From Variovorax sp. PMC12 (GTDB taxonomy: Bacteria; Pseudomonadota; Gammaproteobacteria; Burkholderiales; Burkholderiaceae_C), in NCBI RefSeq assembly GCF_003019815.1, contig NZ_CP027773.1:5019324-5083323 (forward strand): a stretch of DNA of 64,000 nt. Direction: 5' to 3'. A program made the translations under genes and the position numbers. How positions within the stretch are numbered: the stretch's first letter is position 1; each line of letters starts with the position of its first letter. The notes below the pieces were generated by a model. The model saw nothing but the letters and a program-made list of their open reading frames with translations. It ran no database searches and was not told the DNA's origin. Positions 28,191 through 38,067 of this stretch are shown here, one piece after another.

Positions 28191-28547
28191 TTACGCGATG
28201 CCGAGGATCGACGACACCGAGCGGTGGAGCTCTTCGACGAGTTCCGGGTCCATGTATTTGTACTCGTCCGGAATGTCGAGCACATGGATCGGCTTGCCTC
28301 CCAGCATTCGCGTGAACTCCGCCACAAGCCGCGACTTGTGCTTTTCTTCCATCACCAGGATCACGTCGGCCCATTCGATGTCGTCCACAGACACCGTGTG
28401 CCGCGCATTCGGGCTGGTGCCGGCCGAGCGTGCGCAGATAAGGGGATGCCGGCGCCAGATCTGCTCCGCGGTCGGGCTGCGCCATTGATTTCGGCTGCAG
28501 ATGAAGAGAACGTTGCGAACGGGTGAGGTCGATGGTTTTTCGGGCAT
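28191..28547 (-). CDS. Low-molecular-weight phosphotyrosine-phosphatase/ArsC-fold phosphatase
   Basis: P-loop CX5R(S): VLFICSRNQWRS near the N-terminus, and an Asp-Pro general-acid region (DIPDEY). ATG at 28547 chosen because the longer form overlaps ligT. Confidence 0.6.
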   Translation of the reverse strand: MPEKPSTSPVRNVLFICSRNQWRSPTAEQIWRRHPLICARSAGTSPNARHTVSVDDIEWADVILVMEEKHKSRLVAEFTRMLGGKPIHVLDIPDEYKYMDPELVEELHRSVSSILGIA

Positions 28548-28557
28548 GAATGAATAC

Positions 28558-29028
28558 TCAGGAGGTCGCCTCGGGCAACGCAAAGACATGCAAGTCCCGC
28601 CAACGCCCTGACGAGTTCTCCATCAGCGCGACCTCGGTGCAATGCGCATGCACAGCGCCAGATGCAAGAAGCCGGGTGCCCAGTTCGACGGCAGCATCTT
28701 CCGCATCGCGCACGTTGCCGTGTGCCACTGAAAGATGCGGAACGACGCCTTCGTGTTCGCCGCCATATGGCGGGAAATCGGGAAAGGCCTTCGCGAGCGC
28801 CAGCGTCATCTCGATGAAAGGGGCGGCGGGCTCGGGCGCCAGATACGCGGTCTCGGGAAACCGCCCGACCTTGCCCAGCGAGAACTCGAACGACGGCGTC
28901 TGCGCGAGCACGTGCCGCGCACTGTCCAGCACGTCTGCCGTGATCAGCGCGGGGTCCATGAAGGGAACAAGAAGCGTGATGTGTGCCGGCACGCCGAGCG
29001 CCACGGTCGTAGCGGCGGCGCAGATCAC
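28558..29028 (-). CDS. 2H phosphoesterase, LigT/ThpR-like 2',3'-cyclic phosphodiesterase (RNA 2'-5' ligase family)
   Basis: Two H-x-T/S-x motifs (HITLL and HLSVA) with the correct spacing. 156 aa. Immediately downstream of rtcR. Confidence 0.75.
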   Translation of the reverse strand: MICAAATTVALGVPAHITLLVPFMDPALITADVLDSARHVLAQTPSFEFSLGKVGRFPETAYLAPEPAAPFIEMTLALAKAFPDFPPYGGEHEGVVPHLSVAHGNVRDAEDAAVELGTRLLASGAVHAHCTEVALMENSSGRWRDLHVFALPEATS

Positions 29029-29115
29029 CGGCGATGGGCTCGGCGGCGGGAACCTTCACGACGAATGCGGAGATGGCCATCGGGCGGAGGATAGCCCATC
29101 GATGGCGCACTCCGA

Positions 29116-30735
<1,620 letters not shown>

Positions 30736-30870
30736 GGATATGAAACTAGCTAAATTTATAGATTTTGCGGGATTTTATAGGTATGGATCTAGTTCTCGAA
30801 ACACGTCGAAACGGAATTTCTCCTTTCCCGTCAATGACTTGCATCCCCGATCGTGAAAACTGCCCAAGGC

Positions 30871-30886
30871 TGGCACGCCGGCTGCA
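30871..30886 (+). promoter_or_regulatory. Sigma-54 (-24/-12) promoter TGGCAC-gccgg-CTGCA driving the rtc operon
   Basis: Matches the TGGCAC-N5-TTGCW consensus, with GG and GC at the proper spacing. Located 135 nt upstream of the divergent rtcR and about 540 nt upstream of the first rtc-operon CDS. Confidence 0.7.
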
Positions 30887-30896
30887 ATGGATATCC

Positions 30897-31424
30897 CGTC
30901 AGGATGCAGTCCATCCACTCGCAGGTGCCGCGTAGAAGCGGCCCGGTGCAGCAAGCCAGGCAAGTCCTTGGGTTTGCCGTATGCCGTGGCTGGGCTGCCT
31001 GGCAACTGAACTTGATTCAGTCCCGCTCATGGTTGAGCGCCGTGCTAACCACATGGAGCCGCGGGTTCGATTCCCGCAAAAAACCCGGCGGTGCCTGCAC
31101 CGCCACCTGATGGGGGCGAAAGCCCCTCCGCCCCGGCACACCGGAGCGATGGCGCAGGGCAAACATGCCCTGCGCCGCGCGCCAAAGTGCCAAGCGCAGG
31201 CGGCTTGCGCACCGCGTGCGTGGCAAGGAACTGCGTGTGGCCATCGAAGGCGAGGCAGGTGACGGCGTTGCAAAAGCGACGAGGGAGGCACCTGCCGAGC
31301 CGGGCGACCGCCGCACGTCAGGCCTTGGCTGCCGCAGTGCCCGCCGCCTGCCCTTTCGAGGGCCTAGACCGAATGACTGAAGACTGAACGAAGAAACGAA
31401 CCGAATAACGAGTGGGAGAAAAAG
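30897..31424 (+). ncRNA. Long structured 5' leader or candidate ncRNA of the rtc operon, containing a tRNA T-arm mimic (GCGGGTTCGATTCCCGC, 31061-31077) and several strong hairpins
   Basis: Perfect T-stem-loop consensus (GGGTTCGATTCCC). GNRA hairpin GGGGC-GAAA-GCCCC (31113-31126). 7-bp hairpin (31087-31104). 10-bp hairpin GGCGCAGGGC-aaacat-GCCCTGCGCC (31151-31176). Anticodon-like stem-loop CTGAA-cttga-TTCAG (31006-31020). No credible protein-coding potential. Boundaries are approximate. Confidence 0.45.
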
Positions 31425-32576
31425 ATGTTGGGCTTCAACCGAATCACGATCAAGAAGAACGAACGCGCGCTGCTGCTTCGCAACGGCGATTTCGAGCAAC
31501 TGCTGGGCGCCGGAAAGCACCGGGTGTTTTCGGGTTTCGACAAGATCCAGCTGCAGCGCTTTGCCCTGACCGAGCCGGCTTTCGAGCACGAGCTGGTCGA
31601 CTACTTCCTGGCACAGGAGCCTGAGCTGGTCGAGCGCGAGTTCGTGCATGTGTCGCTCGGCGAAACCCAGGCCGGCCTGCGCCTGGAGGACGGCGTGCTG
31701 GTGCAGATCCTGCCGCCCGCCACCCGCAAGCTGTACTGGCGCGGCCTGCGCGAACAGCGCATCGACGTGATCGACGTGGCTGAAGACGTGCGCCTGCCGG
31801 CCGAACTGGTGTCGAAGCTGCAGAGCGTGGCGCTGCGCCCGCGTGCGGTGGCCGGCCTCGACGGCGTGCTGCTGGTGCAGGTTCCGGAGTTCCACGTCGG
31901 CGTGCTGACGCTGCAGGGCCAGATGCAGGAGCTTCTGGCGCCGGGCAACCACGGTTTCTGGCGCTTCAACCGGCAGGTGGCAGTGACCTGCGTGGACATG
32001 CGCTCGCAGATCGCCGAAGTGAGCGGCCAGGAAATCCTGACCCGCGACAAGGTGGGCCTGCGGCTGAACATGTCGGCGGTGTGGCGCTTCACCGATGTGC
32101 GGCAGGCGATGGCGCAGATGCCGAAGCCGGCCGACCATGTGTATCGCGAGCTGCAGTTCGGGCTTCGCGCCGCGGTGGGCGAGCAGACGCTCGATGCGCT
32201 GCTGGAGAACAAGGCGGCCATCGACCAGACGGTGCTGGCGCAAGTGCGCGAGCGGCTGGAAGGCTCCGGCATTGCGCTGGAAAGCGTGGGCGTGAAGGAC
32301 ATCATCCTGCCCGGCGAGATGAAGACCATCCTCGCCCAGGTGGTGGAGGCCGAGAAGTCGGCCCAGGCCAACGTGATCCGCCGCCGCGAGGAAACCGCGG
32401 CCACGCGCTCGCTGCTGAACACCGCCAAGGTGATGGAGGGCAACCCCGTCGCGCTGCGGATGAAGGAACTCGAAACGCTGGAACGGGTGGCCGAGCGGAT
32501 CGACAAGATCTCCGTGATCGGCGGTCTGGACCAAGTGCTCAATGGGTTGGTGACGCTTCGGCCGAACGCTCCTTGA
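31425..32576 (+). CDS. SPFH/band-7 (stomatin/prohibitin-like) domain protein with an extra N-terminal domain
   Basis: C-terminal SPFH region (..ILTRDKVGLRLNMSAVWRFTDV..VKDIILPGEMKTILAQVVEAEKSAQANVIRRREE..). RBS GGGAGAAAAAG. First gene of the rtc operon. Confidence 0.8.
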   Translation: MLGFNRITIKKNERALLLRNGDFEQLLGAGKHRVFSGFDKIQLQRFALTEPAFEHELVDYFLAQEPELVEREFVHVSLGETQAGLRLEDGVLVQILPPATRKLYWRGLREQRIDVIDVAEDVRLPAELVSKLQSVALRPRAVAGLDGVLLVQVPEFHVGVLTLQGQMQELLAPGNHGFWRFNRQVAVTCVDMRSQIAEVSGQEILTRDKVGLRLNMSAVWRFTDVRQAMAQMPKPADHVYRELQFGLRAAVGEQTLDALLENKAAIDQTVLAQVRERLEGSGIALESVGVKDIILPGEMKTILAQVVEAEKSAQANVIRRREETAATRSLLNTAKVMEGNPVALRMKELETLERVAERIDKISVIGGLDQVLNGLVTLRPNAP

Positions 32577-32631
32577 ACTCCGGACTCGAGAAGGATTGAC
32601 TGGCGCCGAAGAGGCGCCAAGGGAGAAGAAA

Positions 32632-33126
32632 ATGACCGAAGAAGAAATTCGCGCACACGACCTCATCGCCTATGACCTGCACGACGCGGGCTGGGCCGAC
32701 GTGAGCTTCCGCGCCGCTTCCGAGCGACTGGGCTTCGCGGTGTCCTACCTGCACGATTCGCTCGGCGACCTTGCGCGCATGGGCCTGACCCTGCAAAAGG
32801 GTGCCGAGCACGCCGAGGCCGTGTTCATGGACGAGCCGGGCGAGGTGATCCTGCTGGTCTCGGGTGCTTGGGACGTGTTGCAGTACGAGCTGCGCCAGTA
32901 CCGTGACTGGGCCAGCTGGGGAATGGTCGGTGTGCATGACCATGAAGTGGTGGCGCGCGGAGAGATTTCGCGTACCGAGCTGGTCCGGAACATCCATGCG
33001 ATCCTGCAGCGCATCCACGATGAAGTGGGGCCGAAGCGCTACCGCGAGATGTGGGTGGAGCACGACTTCCCGCTGCAGGACTACGAACGACTGTCGATCG
33101 CGCTGTACAAGCGCGCGATGACCTGA
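32632..33126 (+). CDS. Hypothetical protein (164 aa) between the SPFH gene and rtcB
   Basis: ATG at 32632 with RBS GGGAGAAG. Acidic protein with no recognisable motif. Confidence 0.55.
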   Translation: MTEEEIRAHDLIAYDLHDAGWADVSFRAASERLGFAVSYLHDSLGDLARMGLTLQKGAEHAEAVFMDEPGEVILLVSGAWDVLQYELRQYRDWASWGMVGVHDHEVVARGEISRTELVRNIHAILQRIHDEVGPKRYREMWVEHDFPLQDYERLSIALYKRAMT

Positions 33127-33160
33127 ACAGAGGAGTGAAACGATGATGAAAGAAGAAAAA

Positions 33161-34378
33161 ATGAACTACAACCTGCACGAAGTCGAGAACGGCGTGCCCG
33201 TGAAGATGTGGACCCGCGGCGTGCCCGTGGAGCCCGAGGCGCAGAAGCAGCTGGAGAACGCAGCGCGCCTGCCCATCGTGTTCAAGCACATTGCGGCCAT
33301 GCCCGACGTGCACTACGGCATCGGCGCCACCGTGGGTTCGGTGATCCCGACCTTCAAGGCCATCATTCCCACCGCGGTGGGCGTGGACATCGGCTGCGGA
33401 ATGATGGCGTGCAAGACCACGCTGCATGCCAACGACCTGCCCGACAACCTGGGGCCGCTGCGCTCGGCGATCGAGAAGGCCGTGCCGCACGGCTCGAACC
33501 CCAAGCGCATGGGCCGCGACAAGGGCTCGTGGGAGACGCCGCCGAACGAAACCGACGTGGCATGGGGTGCGCTGAAGGACGAGTTCGACGCGATCTGCGA
33601 AGACTACCCGCGCCTGAAGAACACCAACAACCACAAGCACCTGGGAACGCTGGGTACGGGCAACCACTTCATCGAGGTGTGCCTGGACGAGGCGGGCTCC
33701 GTGTGGTTCATGCTGCATTCGGGTTCGCGCGGCGTGGGTAACGCCATCGGCACGCACTTCATCGAGCTCGCCAAGAAAGACGCCGAGCTGCACCAGCGCA
33801 ACCTGCCCGATCAGGACCTGGCGTACTTCGAGGAAGGCGCCCAGTACTTCGGCGACTATGTGCGCGCCGTGGGCTGGGCCCAGAAGTTCGCGCGCGCGAA
33901 CCGCGAAGTGATGATGCAGCGCGTGGTAGCGGCCGTTCGCAAGGTCATCACCAAGCCTTTCGAGGCGCATGTGGAAGCGGTGAACTGCCACCACAACTAC
34001 GTGAGCCGCGAAACGCACTTCGGTGAAGACGTGCTCGTCACCCGCAAGGGCGCGGTGAGCGCGAAGGCCGGCGAGTTGGGGATCATCCCCGGCAGCATGG
34101 GCGCCAAGAGCTTCATCGTGCGCGGAAAAGGCAACCCCGAGAGCTTCATGAGCTGCAGCCACGGTGCCGGTCGAAAGATGAGCCGTACCAAGGCGAAGAA
34201 GCTCTACACCGTGGCCGACCAAGTCGCCGCGACCGAAGGCGTGGAATGCCGAAAAGACGCCGACGTGATCGACGAGATCCCGATGGCCTACAAGGACATC
34301 GACGCGGTGATGGAGGCGCAGCAGGACCTGGTGGAGGTGGTCTACACGCTCAAGCAGGTTGTTTGCGTGAAGGGGTGA
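33161..34378 (+). CDS. rtcB: RNA-splicing ligase RtcB (3'-phosphate/5'-hydroxyl RNA ligase)
   Basis: Near-collinear with E. coli RtcB from MNY.. to the C-terminal ..YTLKQVVCVKG. Metal ligands and nucleophilic His region conserved (HGSNP.., GTGNHFIE, CHHNY, SCSHGAGR). ATG at 33161 (MNYNLHE) chosen to match the canonical N-terminus. Confidence 0.92.
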   Translation: MNYNLHEVENGVPVKMWTRGVPVEPEAQKQLENAARLPIVFKHIAAMPDVHYGIGATVGSVIPTFKAIIPTAVGVDIGCGMMACKTTLHANDLPDNLGPLRSAIEKAVPHGSNPKRMGRDKGSWETPPNETDVAWGALKDEFDAICEDYPRLKNTNNHKHLGTLGTGNHFIEVCLDEAGSVWFMLHSGSRGVGNAIGTHFIELAKKDAELHQRNLPDQDLAYFEEGAQYFGDYVRAVGWAQKFARANREVMMQRVVAAVRKVITKPFEAHVEAVNCHHNYVSRETHFGEDVLVTRKGAVSAKAGELGIIPGSMGAKSFIVRGKGNPESFMSCSHGAGRKMSRTKAKKLYTVADQVAATEGVECRKDADVIDEIPMAYKDIDAVMEAQQDLVEVVYTLKQVVCVKG

Positions 34379-34475
34379 GAGGGTGAGGTCCAAGTACGGC
34401 CTCACGATGGCGCTGTAGAGGGAGAGCTATCGATAGGCTGCGCCTTCGCAGCGCTGTATTGCGAAGGGCTGAAAA

Positions 34476-35117
34476 ATGAAGAGCAACAAGCAACGCCGCG
34501 CCGAGATCAAGGCGCACCGCCGCGAGCGTGCTGCCGCTCTGGCAGCACGCTCGCGCCTGCCGGATGTCCGGCTGCCGAAAGCCGACTTCGCCGATGCACT
34601 CGGTTGCGAGCCGGCGGATCGAGCTGTTCTGCAGCAACACAACAACACCTACGGCGTGCTGCCTGACTTCTATGTCGCGCGTTCATTCATCTGCCGCGAT
34701 TGCGGTGCCGACGAGGTATGGACGGCCAAGCAGCAGAAATGGTGGTACGAGACGATTCAGGGTCACATCGACAGCCGTGCCGTGCGATGCCTCGCATGCA
34801 GGCGCGCACGGCGCGAACGTTTGCGAGCCGTTGCGCCTGGCGCCGACCTTCTGCTCGAGAAGACGTGTCGACTGCGTGCGTTGGGTGCGGCAAAGCCGAG
34901 CGTTCAAGCCAGGGCCGAAATCGAGGCGGCATTGCAAAGCAAATGGTGGAGCCTGCGTGTCGTGGCGATCCAGGCAATGGGGCGCTGGGGCGGTGAAGAG
35001 AACCTCGCACGGCTACACGCGTTCATGGCGTCTCGTCCGGAGGGAGGTCGCCGATACTTCGGTTGGGAGCGCGTCGCCGCGGACGCTGCAAGAAGCGCAT
35101 TGATGCGCAGGGAGTGA
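34476..35117 (+). CDS. Hypothetical Zn-ribbon-containing protein (213 aa)
   Basis: C-x2-C ... C-x2-C (CRDCGADEVW ... CLACRRARR), Arg/Lys-rich N-terminus. Sits in the operon between rtcB and the RNase Z-like gene. Confidence 0.5.
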   Translation: MKSNKQRRAEIKAHRRERAAALAARSRLPDVRLPKADFADALGCEPADRAVLQQHNNTYGVLPDFYVARSFICRDCGADEVWTAKQQKWWYETIQGHIDSRAVRCLACRRARRERLRAVAPGADLLLEKTCRLRALGAAKPSVQARAEIEAALQSKWWSLRVVAIQAMGRWGGEENLARLHAFMASRPEGGRRYFGWERVAADAARSALMRRE

Positions 35118-35125
35118 TCAACGAG

Positions 35126-36082
35126 ATGATGAAACTGACTTTTCTGGGTACCTCCTCCGGTACCCCCACGCGCCACCGCAACGTCTCCGGCCTCGCCGTG
35201 CAGACGGTGCTCGGCCCGGACTGGTTCCTGCTCGACTGCGGCGAGGGCACGCAGCATCGCGTGCTGCAAACGCCGCTGTCCCTGAACGACCTGGCCGCCG
35301 TCTGCATCACGCATGTGCACGGCGACCACTGCTACGGCCTGCCGGGCCTGCTCGCGAGTGCGGGCATGAACAAGCGCACGAAGCCGCTGAAGCTGATTGC
35401 GCCGCTGCCGGTGTGGGAGTGGTTCGAGGCGACGCGCGCGTTGACCGATCTGCATCTGCCCTACGAAGTCGAGCATGTGGATATCGGCGGACCGCTGTTG
35501 GTGTATGAGGTGCCGGGCCTGCGCATCGAAAGCCATGCGCTGATGCATCGTGTGCCCAGCCACGCTTACCGCATGCAAGTCGAGACGCGGCGCGTGCGGC
35601 TGAAAGCGGACGCATTGCGCGCCATCGGCCTGCCACCCGGCCCCGCATGGCGTGCGCTGCAGCAGGGCGAGGACATGCCTTTCAACGGCGGCATGCTGCG
35701 CAGCGCCGACTACACCGAGACCCAGGTCGAAACGGTTGCCGCCGTTGTGGGCGGTGACAACGCCAAACCCGCGTTGCTGCACGACGCCTGCAGGGGCGCG
35801 CAACTGCTGGTGCACGAGGCCACCTTCACGCAGGAGGCACTCGACAAGGTCGGCCCCGGGCCGATGCACAGCTCCGCGCGCCTGCTGGCCGAGTTCGCGC
35901 AGGCGGCCGAAGTGCCCAACCTGATCCTCACGCACTTCAGCGCGCGCCACCAGAACGAAGAGGGCATGGCTGCTTTGATGGCAGAGGCGCAGGCGCACTA
36001 CCGCGGCCATGCGTTCCTGGCCAGCGACCTGGATGTCTACGAGCTCGACAGTGCCGGCAACGTGACCGTCACCCGGGCTTGA
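35126..36082 (+). CDS. Metallo-beta-lactamase-fold ribonuclease, RNase Z/RNase BN-like
   Basis: HxHxDH motif (ITHVHGDHCYGLPGLL) and RNase Z-like length (318 aa). N-terminus MMKLTFLGTSSGTPT matches the RNase Z start. Confidence 0.7.
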   Translation: MMKLTFLGTSSGTPTRHRNVSGLAVQTVLGPDWFLLDCGEGTQHRVLQTPLSLNDLAAVCITHVHGDHCYGLPGLLASAGMNKRTKPLKLIAPLPVWEWFEATRALTDLHLPYEVEHVDIGGPLLVYEVPGLRIESHALMHRVPSHAYRMQVETRRVRLKADALRAIGLPPGPAWRALQQGEDMPFNGGMLRSADYTETQVETVAAVVGGDNAKPALLHDACRGAQLLVHEATFTQEALDKVGPGPMHSSARLLAEFAQAAEVPNLILTHFSARHQNEEGMAALMAEAQAHYRGHAFLASDLDVYELDSAGNVTVTRA

Positions 36083-36108
36083 CGAGAAAAGAAGACAAGA
36101 AGAAAGAC

Positions 36109-36960
36109 ATGAGTACCGAAGAATTCCTGCGCTCTGCCCACCCGATCGAGCCCGCCGTGCGCACGCAGATCATGGAGGCCCTGAGCGACATCGAAGCAAC
36201 GCATGACGTGACCGTGCTGTTCGCCTGCGAATCCGGCAGCCGCGGCTGGGGCTTCGCCTCGCCCGACAGCGACTACGACGTGCGCTTCATCTACGTCAAC
36301 CGCCTGCCGTGGTACCTCACGGTGGCACCGCGTCGCGACGTGATCGAGGTGCCGATCAGCGGCGACCTCGACATCAACGGCTGGGACCTGCGCAAGGCGC
36401 TGGGCCTGATGCGCGAGTCGAACCCGACGCTGCTCGAGTGGCTGCGCTCGCCCATCGTCTACCGCGACGACGCGGTGGCGATGCCGCGCTTTCGCGCGCT
36501 GTCGGAGGCCGTGTTCTCCAACGCGCGCGGCTGGCATCACTACAGCTCGATGGCGAAGAAGAATTTCCGCGAGCATCTGCAGGCCGACGAGGTGCGCTAC
36601 AAGAAATACCTCTACGTGCTGCGACCTCTGCTGGCCGCGCGCTGGATCCGCTCGCGCGCCGGCGTGCCGCCCATGCGCTTCGCCGACCTGGCGCAGCACA
36701 CGCTCGACCCGGTGCGCGACGCGGCGCTGATCGCCGAGATCAACGCGCTGCTCGAGGTGAAGATGCGCGCCGGCGAAGCCGCGACCAGCCCGCGCTGGCC
36801 GGGTATCCACGCGTTCATCGAAGCCGAGCTGGCGGCCAATGCAGCCGAGCCGGTGACGCCGCTGCCGTCGGCCGATGGTTCGGGGCTCGATGCGTTCCTG
36901 TACGACACGGTGCTGCGTCTCGAGGCGGTGAACAAGAAGAAGGAGGCCGTCCATGATTGA
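36109..36960 (+). CDS. Pol-beta-superfamily nucleotidyltransferase (RtcB-associated NTase)
   Basis: GS...D-x-D nucleotidyltransferase motif (LFACESGSRGWGFASPDSDYDVRFIYV). ATG at 36109 preceded by a purine-rich RBS. The track start at 36079 is a TTG. Confidence 0.65.
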   Translation: MSTEEFLRSAHPIEPAVRTQIMEALSDIEATHDVTVLFACESGSRGWGFASPDSDYDVRFIYVNRLPWYLTVAPRRDVIEVPISGDLDINGWDLRKALGLMRESNPTLLEWLRSPIVYRDDAVAMPRFRALSEAVFSNARGWHHYSSMAKKNFREHLQADEVRYKKYLYVLRPLLAARWIRSRAGVPPMRFADLAQHTLDPVRDAALIAEINALLEVKMRAGEAATSPRWPGIHAFIEAELAANAAEPVTPLPSADGSGLDAFLYDTVLRLEAVNKKKEAVHD

Positions 36961-37990
36961 ACTCGACGGCTCCCAAGGCGAGGGCGGCGGCCAGATCCTG
37001 CGCACCAGCCTCGCGCTGTCGGTGGCCACCGGCCAGCCGCTGGCCATCGAGAAGATCCGCGCGGGCCGTGCCAAGCCGGGCCTGATGCGCCAGCATCTGG
37101 CGTGCGTGAACGCTGCCGCCGCGATCAGCGGTGCGCAAGTCGAAGGCGCCGAGCTCGGATCGCAGTCGCTGCGCTTCACGCCCTGCTCGGTGCGCGCGGG
37201 CGAGTACCGCTTCGCGATCTCGGGTGCGGGCAGCTGCATGCTGGTGCTGCAGACCGTGCTTCCGCCGCTGCTGCTGGCTGGCGCACAGAGCCGCGTGCAC
37301 CTGAGCGGCGGCACGCACAACCCGATGGCGCCGCCGTTCCATTTCCTGGAGCGCGCTTTCGCGCCGCTGGTGCGCCGCCTGGGGGCGGACCTGCAACTGA
37401 CGCTTCGCCGCTGCGGCTTCTACCCGGCCGGCGGCGGCGAGGTGGAGGCGGTTATCGTGCCGGCGGCCGGCCCGCTGCAGCCCTTCGACCTGACCGCGCG
37501 CGGCGCGCACCGGGCCGGTCACGCGGAGTGCCTGGCACCGGGCCTGCCGCGCCATGTGCCGACGCGCGAACTCGACACGCTGGGCGGCGCGATGGGCTGG
37601 TCCGGCGAGCAGCTGCGCCTGGGCGCGGTGCGCCAGAACGAAGGGCCGGGCAATGCGCTGATGGCCACGCTGGCCTACGAACACGTCACCGAGGTGTTCA
37701 CCGCCTTCGGCGAAAAGTCGATGAGCGCGGAGCAGGTGGCGCATGGCCTGGCCAGGGAGCTGCGCGCGTTCCAGAAGAGCGAGGCGGCGGTCGGACCGCA
37801 CCTCGCTGATCAGCTGGCGCTGCTGCAGGCGCTTGCCGCGTGGCAGGGCAGGAAGGCCTGCGCCTTCACCTGCAGCGAGGTGACGGAGCACACGCGCACC
37901 AACTGCGCGGTGATCGAGCGCTTCCTGCCCGTGCGCTTCGCCATCGCCGAGGGCGGCGATGCCTGCAGGGTGCAGGTCGCTCCGGCCTGA
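36953..37990 (+). CDS. rtcA: RNA 3'-terminal phosphate cyclase RtcA
   Basis: MIELDGSQGEGGGQILRTSLALS.. is the RtcA signature N-terminus. 345 aa. Overlaps the NTase stop. Confidence 0.9.
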   Translation: MIELDGSQGEGGGQILRTSLALSVATGQPLAIEKIRAGRAKPGLMRQHLACVNAAAAISGAQVEGAELGSQSLRFTPCSVRAGEYRFAISGAGSCMLVLQTVLPPLLLAGAQSRVHLSGGTHNPMAPPFHFLERAFAPLVRRLGADLQLTLRRCGFYPAGGGEVEAVIVPAAGPLQPFDLTARGAHRAGHAECLAPGLPRHVPTRELDTLGGAMGWSGEQLRLGAVRQNEGPGNALMATLAYEHVTEVFTAFGEKSMSAEQVAHGLARELRAFQKSEAAVGPHLADQLALLQALAAWQGRKACAFTCSEVTEHTRTNCAVIERFLPVRFAIAEGGDACRVQVAPA

Positions 37991-38021
37991 GCGGAAAACT
38001 CCTTTCCGCTGTCGTGGTTGA
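37991..38021 (+). terminator. Possible intrinsic terminator after rtcA (GCGGAAA-actcc-TTTCCGC followed by a T-containing tract)
   Basis: 7-bp stem hairpin at 37991-38009 followed by TGTCGTGGTTG. The T-run is weak. Confidence 0.35.
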
Positions 38022-38067
38022 ACGCGGCGCGGGCCGGCGGGAAACTCGGGACAAAGACAGGAAAGCC

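Noticed and set aside
31057-31110. Possible intact tRNA gene at the T-arm motif GCGGGTTCGATTCCCGC
   Set aside because: No acceptor stem can be formed. The 3' side is aaaaaac and lacks a complementary 5' strand about 60 nt upstream. There is no D-arm. It is treated as a tRNA-like element inside a leader or ncRNA, not a tRNA gene.
30981-31262. 93-aa and 130-aa ORFs inside the rtc leader (30981-31262 plus strand, 30899-31291 minus strand)
   Set aside because: Low-complexity Arg/Ala/Pro-rich translations with no RBS. The region is better explained as structured RNA.
30897-31424. Confident assignment of the rtc leader as a YrlA/Y RNA
   Set aside because: No Ro60/Rsr (TROVE) gene is present in the window and Y-RNA Ro-binding stem features could not be verified by eye. 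It is kept as a hypothesis only.
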